A DNA stretch of 64,000 nt, from assembly GCF_009834535.1 (NCBI RefSeq), contig NC_045696.1:105650001-105714000 (forward strand), given 5' to 3'. The stretch comes from Camelus ferus. Taxonomy: Eukaryota. The position numbers and the translations under genes are program-made. Shown here in pieces: positions 53,701 to 64,000 of this stretch; position 1 is the first letter of the stretch, and each line of letters begins with the position of its first letter. A model generated the notes under the pieces. The model did no database searches. It saw nothing but the letters and a program-made list of their open reading frames with translations, and had not been told where the DNA came from.

Positions 53701-56631
53701 GGCCTCCTTTACGAGTCCTTTTTGCCTGATTTGTCAAAAAGGCTCCGATTCTTCCAGCCGGGTTGAAACGGAGAGCGAGGTTAGAACTGACGGTCTTCAG
53801 AGCAGCCGCTGCATGATCCACTTATCTATCAGTTGACCACGATGCTGACTCTCACACTTCTATGCGCTGAACCCAGACCTCACTTGATCTCACTTGACCT
53901 ACACTACACCGGAGAAGGGTATTTGTGATAGCCCAGTTGACAGATGACCAAATGTCCAGAAGGATGAACCCAACTGCCCAGGAGCCCCGACTTGGCCCGG
54001 CTGGGTCTGACCTGACAGGTACCCCTTAAGATGATATGGCGTCGGCACCTTTGATCTCAGTGTCTGTGTCAAGCTGCGTCTCCGCGGCTCATCCAGGGGG
54101 GCTGAAGGAAAGGTGTGGCTCCACTGCTCCTGCACCGTTAATGGGAGAAAACGCCCAACGCTCATTTTAGAATAGGCACTACTTGCCCTCTGGTTGCAGA
54201 GGACGGCGCAACGTTTCTGACCACCCCTGTCCTTCAAGTACACCATTGCTCACTTCATCCCTTTGCACAACACAGCGCACTACATACTCTCATTTTGAGG
54301 GCAGCAACGCATTCCTGTCTCCAGAACGACCTGTCAATCAGGTCTCTGCTAAGGGCATTCAACTTCGTGGTTTGTGCCTTGGCCTTGGCAGGCACTGCTA
54401 TTCTTTGCCCAGTCAATGTAGGGGTGGAGGAAGGCAGATTCTTTGCCACATCACAGGCAGACCAACCCATCAGAATTCCTGGAGTGACAAGCCTGGGAAT
54501 TTTCAGGAAGCTCCTCTACACAAAAGAATCTGTTTGGTGCCCAAGTGAAGATCATGGAACACATTTTCATTCTGCCTTTGAGGGGTTCGGGTCCAAGGGG
54601 TTCGGCTTGTGCTCGAAGTCAGGGCCCTGCTGGTTAAGGACAAAGGCATAAAGGGCACTCAGACCTCCTGGGCCTGCATTCAGGGGTCTTCCCTGGGCGA
54701 CTGCTGGCCCGCATCTGCTCTCATGGCTGGAATCCCAGTGGTCCTGACTACCGGCCAACAAATGCGCCTGAGGTGACAACCCAGGTCTGGGTGCTGTCTG
54801 GCTGGGACTACATGGGCAGACTCTACACCCGAGTTGGGTGACCTTCTTAATGAAGAATTAATACTAATACTTCTTAAGCTCTTCCAAAAAATAGAAGATA
54901 AGGGAACACATTCATGCTCATTTTATGATGACCACATCAGTCATACCAAAGCCAGACAAAGACACCACATAGAAAAGAAGATTGCAGTCCAATATCCTTG
55001 ATGAACATAGATACAAATTACTCAATACAGTACTAGCAAACCAAATTCAACAGTATATTCAAAGAATTATATGCCATGATCTAGTGGAACTTATCATTGT
55101 GATGCAAATACAGTTCAACCTCTCCAAATTAATTAATGTGATATTCCACATTAACAGAATGAAAAGTAAAAACCACGTGATCATCTCAGTAGATGCAGAA
55201 AAGCATCTGAGAAACTTCATCACCCATTCATTATAAAAATACATATATATATACACACACACACAAACATATATATATTCTATATATACATACATATATA
55301 TAGAAGAAACTTACCTTACCACAATAAAGACTGTCCATGAAAAGCCCACAGCTAACATCATAGTCAATGGGGGAAAGCTGAAAGTTTTTCCTCTAAGATC
55401 CTAAACAAGACAAGGATGACCATCCTCAGCACTTCTATTCAACATAGTACTGGAAGTTCTAACCAGAGAGATTAAACTATGAAAAGAAACAAAATGTATC
55501 TAAAACAAAAAGGAATAAGTAAAATTATCTCTATCTAAATATGATCACTTGGGTAGAAAACCCTAATGACTCAACAAAACAATAACATCAACAAAAACTG
55601 TTAACACTAGTAAGCAAATTCAGTAATGTTTCAGGATACAGCACAACATACAAAAATTATGGTCTTTTCTATACTCAAATAACAAATTATCCAAATATGA
55701 AATTTAGAAAAACATCCCATGTACAACAGAAACCAAAATAAAATAAAATACTTAGCTATAAATTTAACCAAAGGCATGAAAGGTTTGTGCACTGAAAAGT
55801 ATAAAACACTGATGGAGGAAATTAAAGAAGAAAGATATGTGGAAAGACATCCCATGTTCATAGACTGGAGGAATTAATATGGTAGTTGATTTACAGATGC
55901 AATACCATTGCTATCAAAATCCCAATGACATTATTTACAGAAATAGAAAAAGCAATCCTAAAATTCATATAAAGCTAAAAAAGATCACAAACAGCCAAAG
56001 CTATCTTGGGCAAACACAAAACTGGGGGCATCACACTTCCCGATTTCAAACTATATTATAAATGTATGGTTTCAATAAAGTATGGTACTGGCATAAACAC
56101 AGACCAATGGATCAGAATACAGAGTCTGAATAAATCCACAAATTTTCAGTCAACTGTTGTTCAACAAGTGTGCCAAGAATATAAAATAGGAAAAGGATAA
56201 TCTTTTCAACAAATCGTGTTGGAAAATGTTGGAAAACAAATATCCACAAGCAGAACAATGAAGTTGGACTCATCTGACACCATATACAATAATCATTTCA
56301 AATGGATTAATAATTTAAACATAAGAACTGAAACAGTAAAACTACTAAGAGGGAATCATAGAGAAAAACTTCTTGACATTGGTCTGGACATTGACTTTTT
56401 TGTGTATGACATCAAAAGCACAGGCAATAAAAGCAAAAATAGTCAATGAGTTTCTATTAAACGAAAAAGCTTTTGCACAGCAAAGGAAACAACAGAATGA
56501 AAAGACAGCACACATAATTGGAGAAAAGATTGGCAAACCATATATGTGATATGTGATTAATATTCAAAATATACAGGGAACTAAAACAACTCAATAGCAA
56601 AAAAAAAAAAAAATGTTAAAAACCCATTAAA

Positions 56632-56775
56632 GGCAGGGAGGGTATAGCTCAAGCAGTAGAGTGCATGCTTAGCATGCACGAGGTCCTGTGCTGAAGGTCC
56701 TGGGTTCAATCCCCAGTACCTCCTCTAAAAATAAATAAATAAATAAACCTAATTACCTCCTCCCGCCAAAAAAGA
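56632..56775 (+). mobile_element. Vic-1-like SINE with a small internal duplication (aggtcctg twice)
   Basis: gggagggtatagctcaagcagtagagtgcatgcttagcatgcacgaggtcctg...cctaattacctcc, flanked by cccattaaa. Confidence 0.88.
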
Positions 56776-57199
56776 TTTTAAACCCCATTAAAAATGGGCA
56801 AAGGTTCTGAATAGGCATTTCTTAAAAGAAGACATACAAAAGGGAACAGATACATGAAAAAGTGCTCAACAACACTAACATCAGGGAAATGCAAATCAAA
56901 ACCACAATGAGAGAGCACCTCAGAATGGCTAGTTCAAAAAGATAACAAGAGTTGGAAATGATGTGGAGAAAAGGTAACGGTTGTACATTTTTGGTGGAAA
57001 TGTAAATTGGTACAGCCATTATAGAAAACTGTATGAAGCCTCCTCAAAAAAATTAAAAACAGAACTACCAAATGATCCAACAGTCCTACTTTAGGAAATG
57101 AGATCAGTATTTTGAAGATACCTGCTTTCCCGCGTTCATATAAAGAATTAAAGAAAATGCAGGAAAGAGAAAGGGAGGGAGGCAGGGCAGATGAGTGAT

Positions 57200-57601
57200 C
57201 TATTCACACAAAACTTTTGATTTCCCAGGGCATATAAAGTTATGTTTACAGTATACTGTAGTCTATTAAATGTGCAATAGCATTGTGCTTTTTAAAAACA
57301 ATGTACACAATATAAAACAATTTTAAAATACTTTAAAATATTGTATTGTTAAAAAAAATGCTAAACATCATCTGGACTTTCAGGAAGTTGTAATCTTTTT
57401 GCTGGTGGAGGGTTTGAAATATTGCAAAGAATTACCAAAGTGTGACACAGAGACAAAAAGTGAGTAAATGCTGTCAGAAAAAAATTCACCAGTACACTTG
57501 CTGGATGCAGGGCTGCCATAACCCCTCAATTTGTTAAAAAAAAAAAAATGCAATATCTGTGAAGCTCAATAAAGCAAGTACAATAAAAGGAGGTATGCCT
57601 G
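57200..57601 (-). mobile_element. Internally deleted Tigger1-derived DNA transposon
   Basis: Ends ...caataaaaggaggtatgcctg followed by TA (Tigger1 terminus). The left part matches the opposite subterminal sequence (tttcccagggcatataaagttatgtttaca). Confidence 0.8.
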
Positions 57602-58689
57602 TATATACAGTGGAATATTACTCAGCCTTTTAAAAAAATCCTGCCATTTTCAACAATATGAATGAATCACATTTTACATTATGTCAAGTGAAATATGCCA
57701 GATACAGAAAAAATAAATACTGCTCTATCTCACTCATATGTAAAATCTAAAAAAGTCAAAACTCATAGAAGCACAGAGTAAAATGGTGGTTGTTAGGGGT
57801 TAAGGGGTGGGAGAAATGGGGAGACATTAGTCACAGGGCAAAAAGTTTCAGTTATACAAGACAAGTAAGTTCTGGAGATCTTATGTACAATTTGGAGACT
57901 ATAGCTAAGAATACTGTATACAGTCATCCCCCAGTATACATGGGGGATTGGTTCCAGGACCCTCCTAGGATACTAGAATCCACAGATGCTCAAGACTCTT
58001 ATAAAAGATGGCATAGTATTTGCATGTAATCTATGCACTTCGTCCCATATACTTTACTTTTTTAGTTTTAATGTTTTTATCTTACAAAAATGAAAATAAA
58101 CCATACATACTGTTTTATAACTTTCCTCCTCACTTAATACATGTTGGTCAATGTTCAAATGGGCTGCCTTTATTCTCCCTTTATTTTTGTTATTAATCAA
58201 ATTTTCTCTGCATAGTTGTTTCCCTAAAACAGTGTTTCCCAATCCTTTCTACATTATGGCAAACACACATGGAAAACAATATTTTTGTTGTACACTCAGT
58301 AAACTAAAGGAAATATGAGGGCTTGGTGCAAAATATTTTTTCTTGTATTATAAAATTATGATTAAATTATATAATAGTAAAAAAAAAGTAACTTTGAGGA
58401 ACATTATAAATATTAAATTTGTGTAAAGCTTCCAAATAAAATATCCTCAAGGTGTTTAATAAAAAAAAAAACTAGCTTGCCCCCATATTCTTTTATCTAT
58501 ATCAGACTTCATGCTTAAAATAATTATACAAAATTGCCTATGAATTTTTCTTGATATTTTCAATTTCTTATATAGACCTTCAATGAGAAATTTTGTTTGC
58601 ACAAATTGGTAATAAAAAATTTAAGCATTTTTATAATTATTCAACAGGTATAAGTTTAAATTATATTTAAAGAAACTATCAGCTCTTTC

Positions 58690-59467
58690 TTTTCTTTTTT
58701 TTAACCTATGGGAGAAGTGTTAAATTTTTTTGAGGTATAGTTGATTTAAAATAATATATTACTTTCAAGGTATACAACATAGTGGTTTAAAATGTTTACA
58801 GATTATACTTTGTTTGAAGTTATAAAATTTTGGCTATATTCCCTGTGCTGTACAATATATCATTGTAGTTTTTTATTTTATTTTTATCATTAATACTCAT
58901 GTTACTCATGTTTTAGCTTGATTTCATTTTTGTTTTATTTTGAATTATAGTTGATTTACAATGTGTTAGTTTCTAGTGTACAGCAAAGTGATTCAGTTAT
59001 ATATATATATATATTCTTTTTCAGATTATTTTCCATTATGGTTTATTATAGGATATTGAATATAGTTGTCTGTGGTATACAGTAGGACCTTGTTGCTTAT
59101 TTTATATACAGTAGTTTGTATCTGTTAATCTCAAACTCCTAATTTATCCCTCCCCACACCCCCTTCCCCTTTGGTAACCACTAGTTAGTTTATTAATTTT
59201 ACTCCTAATCCCCTACTGCTATCTTGCCCCTCCCCACTTTGCTCTCCAGCTGGTAACCACTAGTTTATTCTCTATATATGTGAGTCTGTTTCTGTTTCAT
59301 TATATTCACTAGCTGGTTTTATTTTTTGGATTCCACATATAAGTGATAGCATACAGCATTTGTCTTTCTCTGTCTGACTTATTTCTCTAATCATAATAAT
59401 CTCCAGGTCCATCCAGGGTGTTGCAAAAGGCAAATTTTCATTCTTTTTTATGGCTCAGTAGTATTTC

Positions 59468-59519
<52 letters not shown>

Positions 59520-60010
59520 ACATCTTCTTTATCCACTCATCTGTTGATGGACATGTAGGTTGCTTTCACATCTTGGCTATTGTAAATAATGCTGCTATGA
59601 ACACTGAGATGCATGTATCTTTTCAAAATAGTGTTTTCATTTTCTTCTGATATACACTCAGGAGTGGGATTGCTGGATCATATGGTATTTTTACTTTTAG
59701 TCTTTTGAGGCACCTTCATACTGTTTTCGAGTAGTGGCTTCACCAATTTACATTCTCAATTAGCAATAATCCACCTTGGATAAACCTCATTGGCTACAAT
59801 ACTGCCACAGGGCAAAGCTACACCAGTTTACATTCTCATCAACAGTTTACAAGGGTTCATTTTACTCCTCAACCTAGCCAACATTTATTATTTGTGATGT
59901 TTTTGATGATAGCTATTTTAACAGGTGTGAGGAAATACATCACTGTGGTTTTGATTTACATTTCTCTGATGATTAGTGATGTTGAACATCTTTTCATGTG
60001 CCTGTTGGCT
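58690..60010 (-). mobile_element. Antisense L1 3' portion with a second nested L1 3' end (~58880-59190)
   Basis: Reverse-complement L1 3' motifs (ggtaaccactag, ttcattctttttatggct, catcttttcatgtgcctgttggc). Confidence 0.88.
59473..59516. repeat. (AT)22 microsatellite
   Basis: Directly visible perfect repeat. Confidence 0.98.
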
Positions 60011-60436
60011 CCTCCTACATACTTTAAATCATCTCTAGATTATGCATAATACCTAACATAATGTGAATGCTATGTAAATAGTTGTAAATACATGCAAAAT
60101 GTTGCAGGAGCATGGCAAGTTTAAGTTTTGCTTTGGGGAATTTTCTGGAATTTTTTTCCAAATATTTTCAATTCCACAGTTGGTTGGATCCAGCTGTACT
60201 TGAAATTTGCTGAGAGGGTAGCTCTTAAATGTTCTCACCGAAATATATATACACATATATAGTAACTATGTGAAGTGATACATATTTTAATTAGCTATAA
60301 ATTTGTTATATGTTAATTAGCTTGACTGTGGTGATCATTTCATCCTATATACATATACCAAGACATCAAGTTGTACACTTTAAATATATGCAATTTTTAT
60401 TTGTCAATTATACCTGAGTAAAGCTTTAAAAAAAAA

Positions 60437-61944
60437 TGTAGCATCAGATAGCTGACCTAAAACTTTCAGAATAAGCAGATAATCTCTGACAGCCTACAGC
60501 TTCTGCGCAAGACATCAGACCAAGGTTCCTATCTAATTCCTGCTTTGCTTCATATCTACTTGCTTATAATAATTCTTCTTCTCATTTTCTATAGATCCCT
60601 GGTGTTATTCACCCACAATGGCCCTTTTTTTCTTTGCTCCCCTCCTTATTTTGTTAGATCAAAACATACTCATTCCAACACCTTTCTTAGATTATCCCAA
60701 ACAATAGTCACTGCCCTTCATCTTACTGATTGCTCTATATGCCATGCATTACCAGACCTTTATGGTAATTTCAAAATTATCAAATGAGACCATAAGAGAC
60801 TACAGCTGATAGGATTTCCGCTTTCACCCACATGGACAAATTACCTTGAACAAATCAACTTATGACTTTGCTAGTGTCCTTGTCTCCAGAAAAAGAACCA
60901 ATTATTATAAACTACTAATCAGACCTTAGGTAATTCTAAATTTGAATTCAACAACCTTGGTAGGGTAATGGGCCAAATACTTGCTAACTGGAAGAAAATA
61001 AAAGAGATCCAAATTTGTAACCCAGGCCAACATAAGGCCTTGGTTCTGACCTTGTTCTGTGAACAACTCCTTTTTTCTTAGATCTCCATGTGACCTTACT
61101 GGATACTACTCCTCTGTGGCCAGGATGCCTGAACCTGTTTGTCTCAAGCTAATCATCACACACTCTGACACTTGTCTGTACACTGAGACTCTAATTCTAA
61201 TAAATTACCATGGCTGGAAATTTTGAGCTCAGATGTAAGCTCCAAAATGAGGCTACTCTTGATTACCTGGCATTCAACTTGGAAAAATTACTGACTTATA
61301 GTTTAGGCAAACAATTTGAGCAGTGTTCCCACTGGTGAGAATCAGACAAACAGAAAATCCTATAAGAAACTTATCACTAACTCTGGCAAAATTATTAATG
61401 ATATCATCTCTATCCTAGGTGGAATACAGATCCGTTTCAACTTATTGACACAAATAGTAATGAAAAAACACATTATTGTAGGTTTCTTATTAGTTTGACA
61501 TTAAGTCATTTGTACCATTGTTAATATTTCTTGCTGTGCTTGGATAAATGAAAGAAACAAGGTGGAACAGTCTATACGTCACCTAAAAGAAAAAGCTATG
61601 TGGCTCTCTAAGGCTGATCTTATAGCCTATAAGATTTGTTTTGTTGGCCTGCATTGGGCAATTGGAGTCCTTGGTTCTGAAACAACTAATAAAGGGACTG
61701 CTAATTGTTCTTGTTTTTGTCAAAGTGGTCATGATACTGGTCTATTCTGTTGTATCCATAGTCTTCAGTGCTTCTTCTGCACAGCCACTCTCTCATCAGA
61801 TGATAGCCATGATGCTACAAAAAGATCAAGAAGATCTTGCAATACAATTGACTTTGGAGATGAAGGAACAATCCCTAAGCAGTGACGATCAGGATCTCTA
61901 CCCTTCCCTGAATTGACCCACCTCTTGCAAGTTAGAGAATGATC
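60437..61944 (+). mobile_element. ERV pol-end and env remnant (gamma-type envelope, disrupted)
   Basis: SU CxxC motif (CSIC, 60731-60742) and TM CX6CC motif (CTIVNISCC, 61511-61537) after a decayed immunosuppressive domain. Hydrophobic TM-like stretch in ORF 61641..61916. Many stops. Confidence 0.8.
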
Positions 61945-62100
61945 AAAAGGGGGTGGATGGAGAGGCTGAGAGACTGAATATACAATGACCAGACACATAT
62001 AATACAACACTGACCCACAGCCTCTGCAGCAACCAGCCCTGGAAGTCAAACCACAAGCTCCACAGTATCCAGTCCCAAATGGTCAGGACTTGATCAATGA
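61945..62100 (+). mobile_element. Polypurine tract and truncated 3' LTR of the same ERV family
   Basis: PPT aaaagggggtgga (61945-61957), then TG...ctgagagactgaatatacaa. Homologous to 30660-30860 until ~62100. Confidence 0.75.
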
Positions 62101-64000
62101 CGGACAGGCAGGGCGTAGGGCAGAATTTCAGCCCTCTCAAAGGAGCTGAAATCCCAGCTGCCACTACATGTTTTGAGATTCAGTTCCTTGAGTGAACCTC
62201 AGCATCACCTGTGCACTTAAAGTTTGAGTTTCTACTACATTTTGGACATTGTGAAGTTGTTTAGCTATTTTGAGAGCTGACATCTATGCTTAGTATTATT
62301 CCTGTCAATATTAACTGTATGAAGGAAACAGAGAGTACTCTCTCCCCATACTGACTACAGCTTGACCAAAATTCACACTCTTGAACAATCTCACACACTC
62401 TCACACATACACTCACACACACATACATACTGACCCTACCCCATGTTCCCTCCCATATGGCTCAGAATAAGGAATCAGCAGCTGATTAGCCTCAAGTCCC
62501 AGCCCAGGATGATGATTTTATTTTCTGCAAATAGTGACTTCTGTTTCTCCAAAGTATCACACTCTATGCATAAAGAAATAACTGAAGACTTCCGTTTTGA
62601 ACTAGGATGGCTAAAAAATCCTCAAGTGTAAAAGTGCCAGATACACTTCCTAAATATTCTTTAAAATCACCAAATATCTGGCAAATAAAGGAAATACTGA
62701 GAGACCAAAATGGTCAGAAATCCTTGGTGGCCTTGAGCTTTGGTTTCATGAACCAAACATGGGGATCAGGAGGCAAACATAAGTGTACACACAGGATGGG
62801 AAATTGCATGGGAGAACTCCTGAACTCAGACCCCCAAATATGCCTCCACCAGTAGGTGAAGGAAAAGAACCCAATTTTCAGAGGAAAATGGTACGAAATC
62901 CTGCCTACATCAACCTGGTCTCTGAAGGAAGGGGGAAATTACAGCTCCTCTACGAATTTCAGCTAGGGCAGGGAACTACATATTTAGCACCTGGATAATC
63001 CCCTGTTTACCAGGAGCCCATTCCCCTCAGGAATGAGGATCTTGGTCACTCGACCAAGTAAGCCACTCAGGCGAACAGAGGTGTAAACCAAGGGTGGCCC
63101 TCATGGGACTCTGGTCTAGAACTCGCTCTGTCTGTATGAAAGAAGAAAGCAGGAAGAGAGGAAGGAGACATGGACAAAGGAAAAGGGAAGGGAAGAGAGG
63201 TAGAGGTGAAGGAAGGCAATAGCCCGGAGGGACAAAAGGGAGAGGGAGAGACTAAGAATTTAGTTGAAAGGCTTCCCTCCTTGATGCTTCCGGGAACTTC
63301 CCAAAGCAACCCAAGTCCTCTCTGAGAGAAGACCCCTTATCCCTAGGCTTCAAAGTCCTCTTATGAATAAAGTTCCACTGAGCATAATCTCACAATCCAA
63401 AGCAGAGACTTAGGTAACAACCCAACGTAAATGGGAGACAGGTGAAAGGAGGAACAGTAAAATCAGCTCCTCAAAAAATAAAGATATTCATCAGATCCAT
63501 AATATTTTAAAGGTATAAATTTATCAGCAAAATGAAAGATAGACAAAATGAGGCTAAGGAACAAGAAACTGTCAAAAATGACGTAATTGCTCCTTTAAAA
63601 ATTGGTTAAAATGAACATTCAGAGCTATGCTATACAAACACTTTAGAAGAAATACAATTTATGCATTTAAGCAGATTCAAAACAGCTGAAGAGTCAGAAA
63701 CTACCTGTAATTTATCATAAAAGGGCACAGGTACAAAAGTAATAAAAAGAGAATAAGAATTATGAGAGGAAAGGAGTTCTAACACATGACTAGTGAAGTT
63801 TCAGAGGGCAGAAATAGAGAAAATGCTCATACAAAGAAAAAAATCATTCATTCAATATATATTTTTGAGTGTCCACTATATAGCTGAAAATGTTCCAAAA
63901 CTGGAAATACAGCAAAGAGCAAAACAGTTTAAAACGGTAAACTGTTTGGTGGTGAGCATGCTGTAGCATGTATAGAAGTAGAAATATAATGTTGTCTACA

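Larger units (their letters stand above)
47230..54845 (-). repeat. Arm 2 of inverted segmental duplication
   Basis: Same anchors as arm 1 in reverse order. Lacks the LTR/leader seen at ~30660-31990 and has private L1 3'-end insertions at ~47600-48030, ~50150-50480 and ~51245-51421. Confidence 0.9.
57921..60197. mobile_element. MER2/Tigger-like MITE split in two (57921-58056 and 60011-60197) by an insertion
   Basis: ta-cagtcatccc...ggggattggttccaggacc...gatgctcaag...atacttta resumes as atactttaaatcatctctagatta...ggttggatccagctg-ta. Confidence 0.78.
54850..60436 (+). mobile_element. Old L1, 3' part (RT to poly-A), interrupted by a SINE, two Tigger-family elements and an antisense L1
   Basis: ORF2 remnants 54982.., 56006.., 56216... 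3' UTR pieces at 57605-57915 and 60198-60436. A-tail at ~60429-60437. Confidence 0.85.

Noticed and set aside
60545..61916. Possible domesticated env (syncytin-like)
   Set aside because: Multiple stops and frameshifts, including in the immunosuppressive domain; no ORF over 107 aa.

Overview
Mammalian genomic DNA, most likely camelid: it carries five tRNA-derived Vic-1-type SINEs and several young L1 copies sharing one 3' UTR. Most of the window is retroelement debris (L1, L2, MIR, LTRs, Tigger-family DNA transposons). The only credible host genes are two intronless PRR23-family (proline-rich protein 23A/B/C-like) paralogs facing each other, at 27879-28796 (+) and 52154-52981 (-). Each sits in one arm of an ~8-kb inverted segmental duplication (~26125-34460 vs ~47230-54845) whose identity is patchy. 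The minus-strand arm lies inside a split L1, itself inside a decayed class I ERV (5' LTR ~30660, env and 3' LTR at ~60440-62100). The paralogs have remodelled C-termini. Copy 1 lost its stop codon and gained 42 aa. Copy 2 has a Glu/Ala repeat expansion and two compensating frameshifts (-1 and -8 nt). Three L1 insertions appear to carry 3'-transduced DNA. I see no prokaryote-type system, CRISPR array or genuine RNA gene. Family names come from my recognition of the sequence, not from database searches, and repeat boundaries are approximate unless a target-site duplication (TSD) is given.
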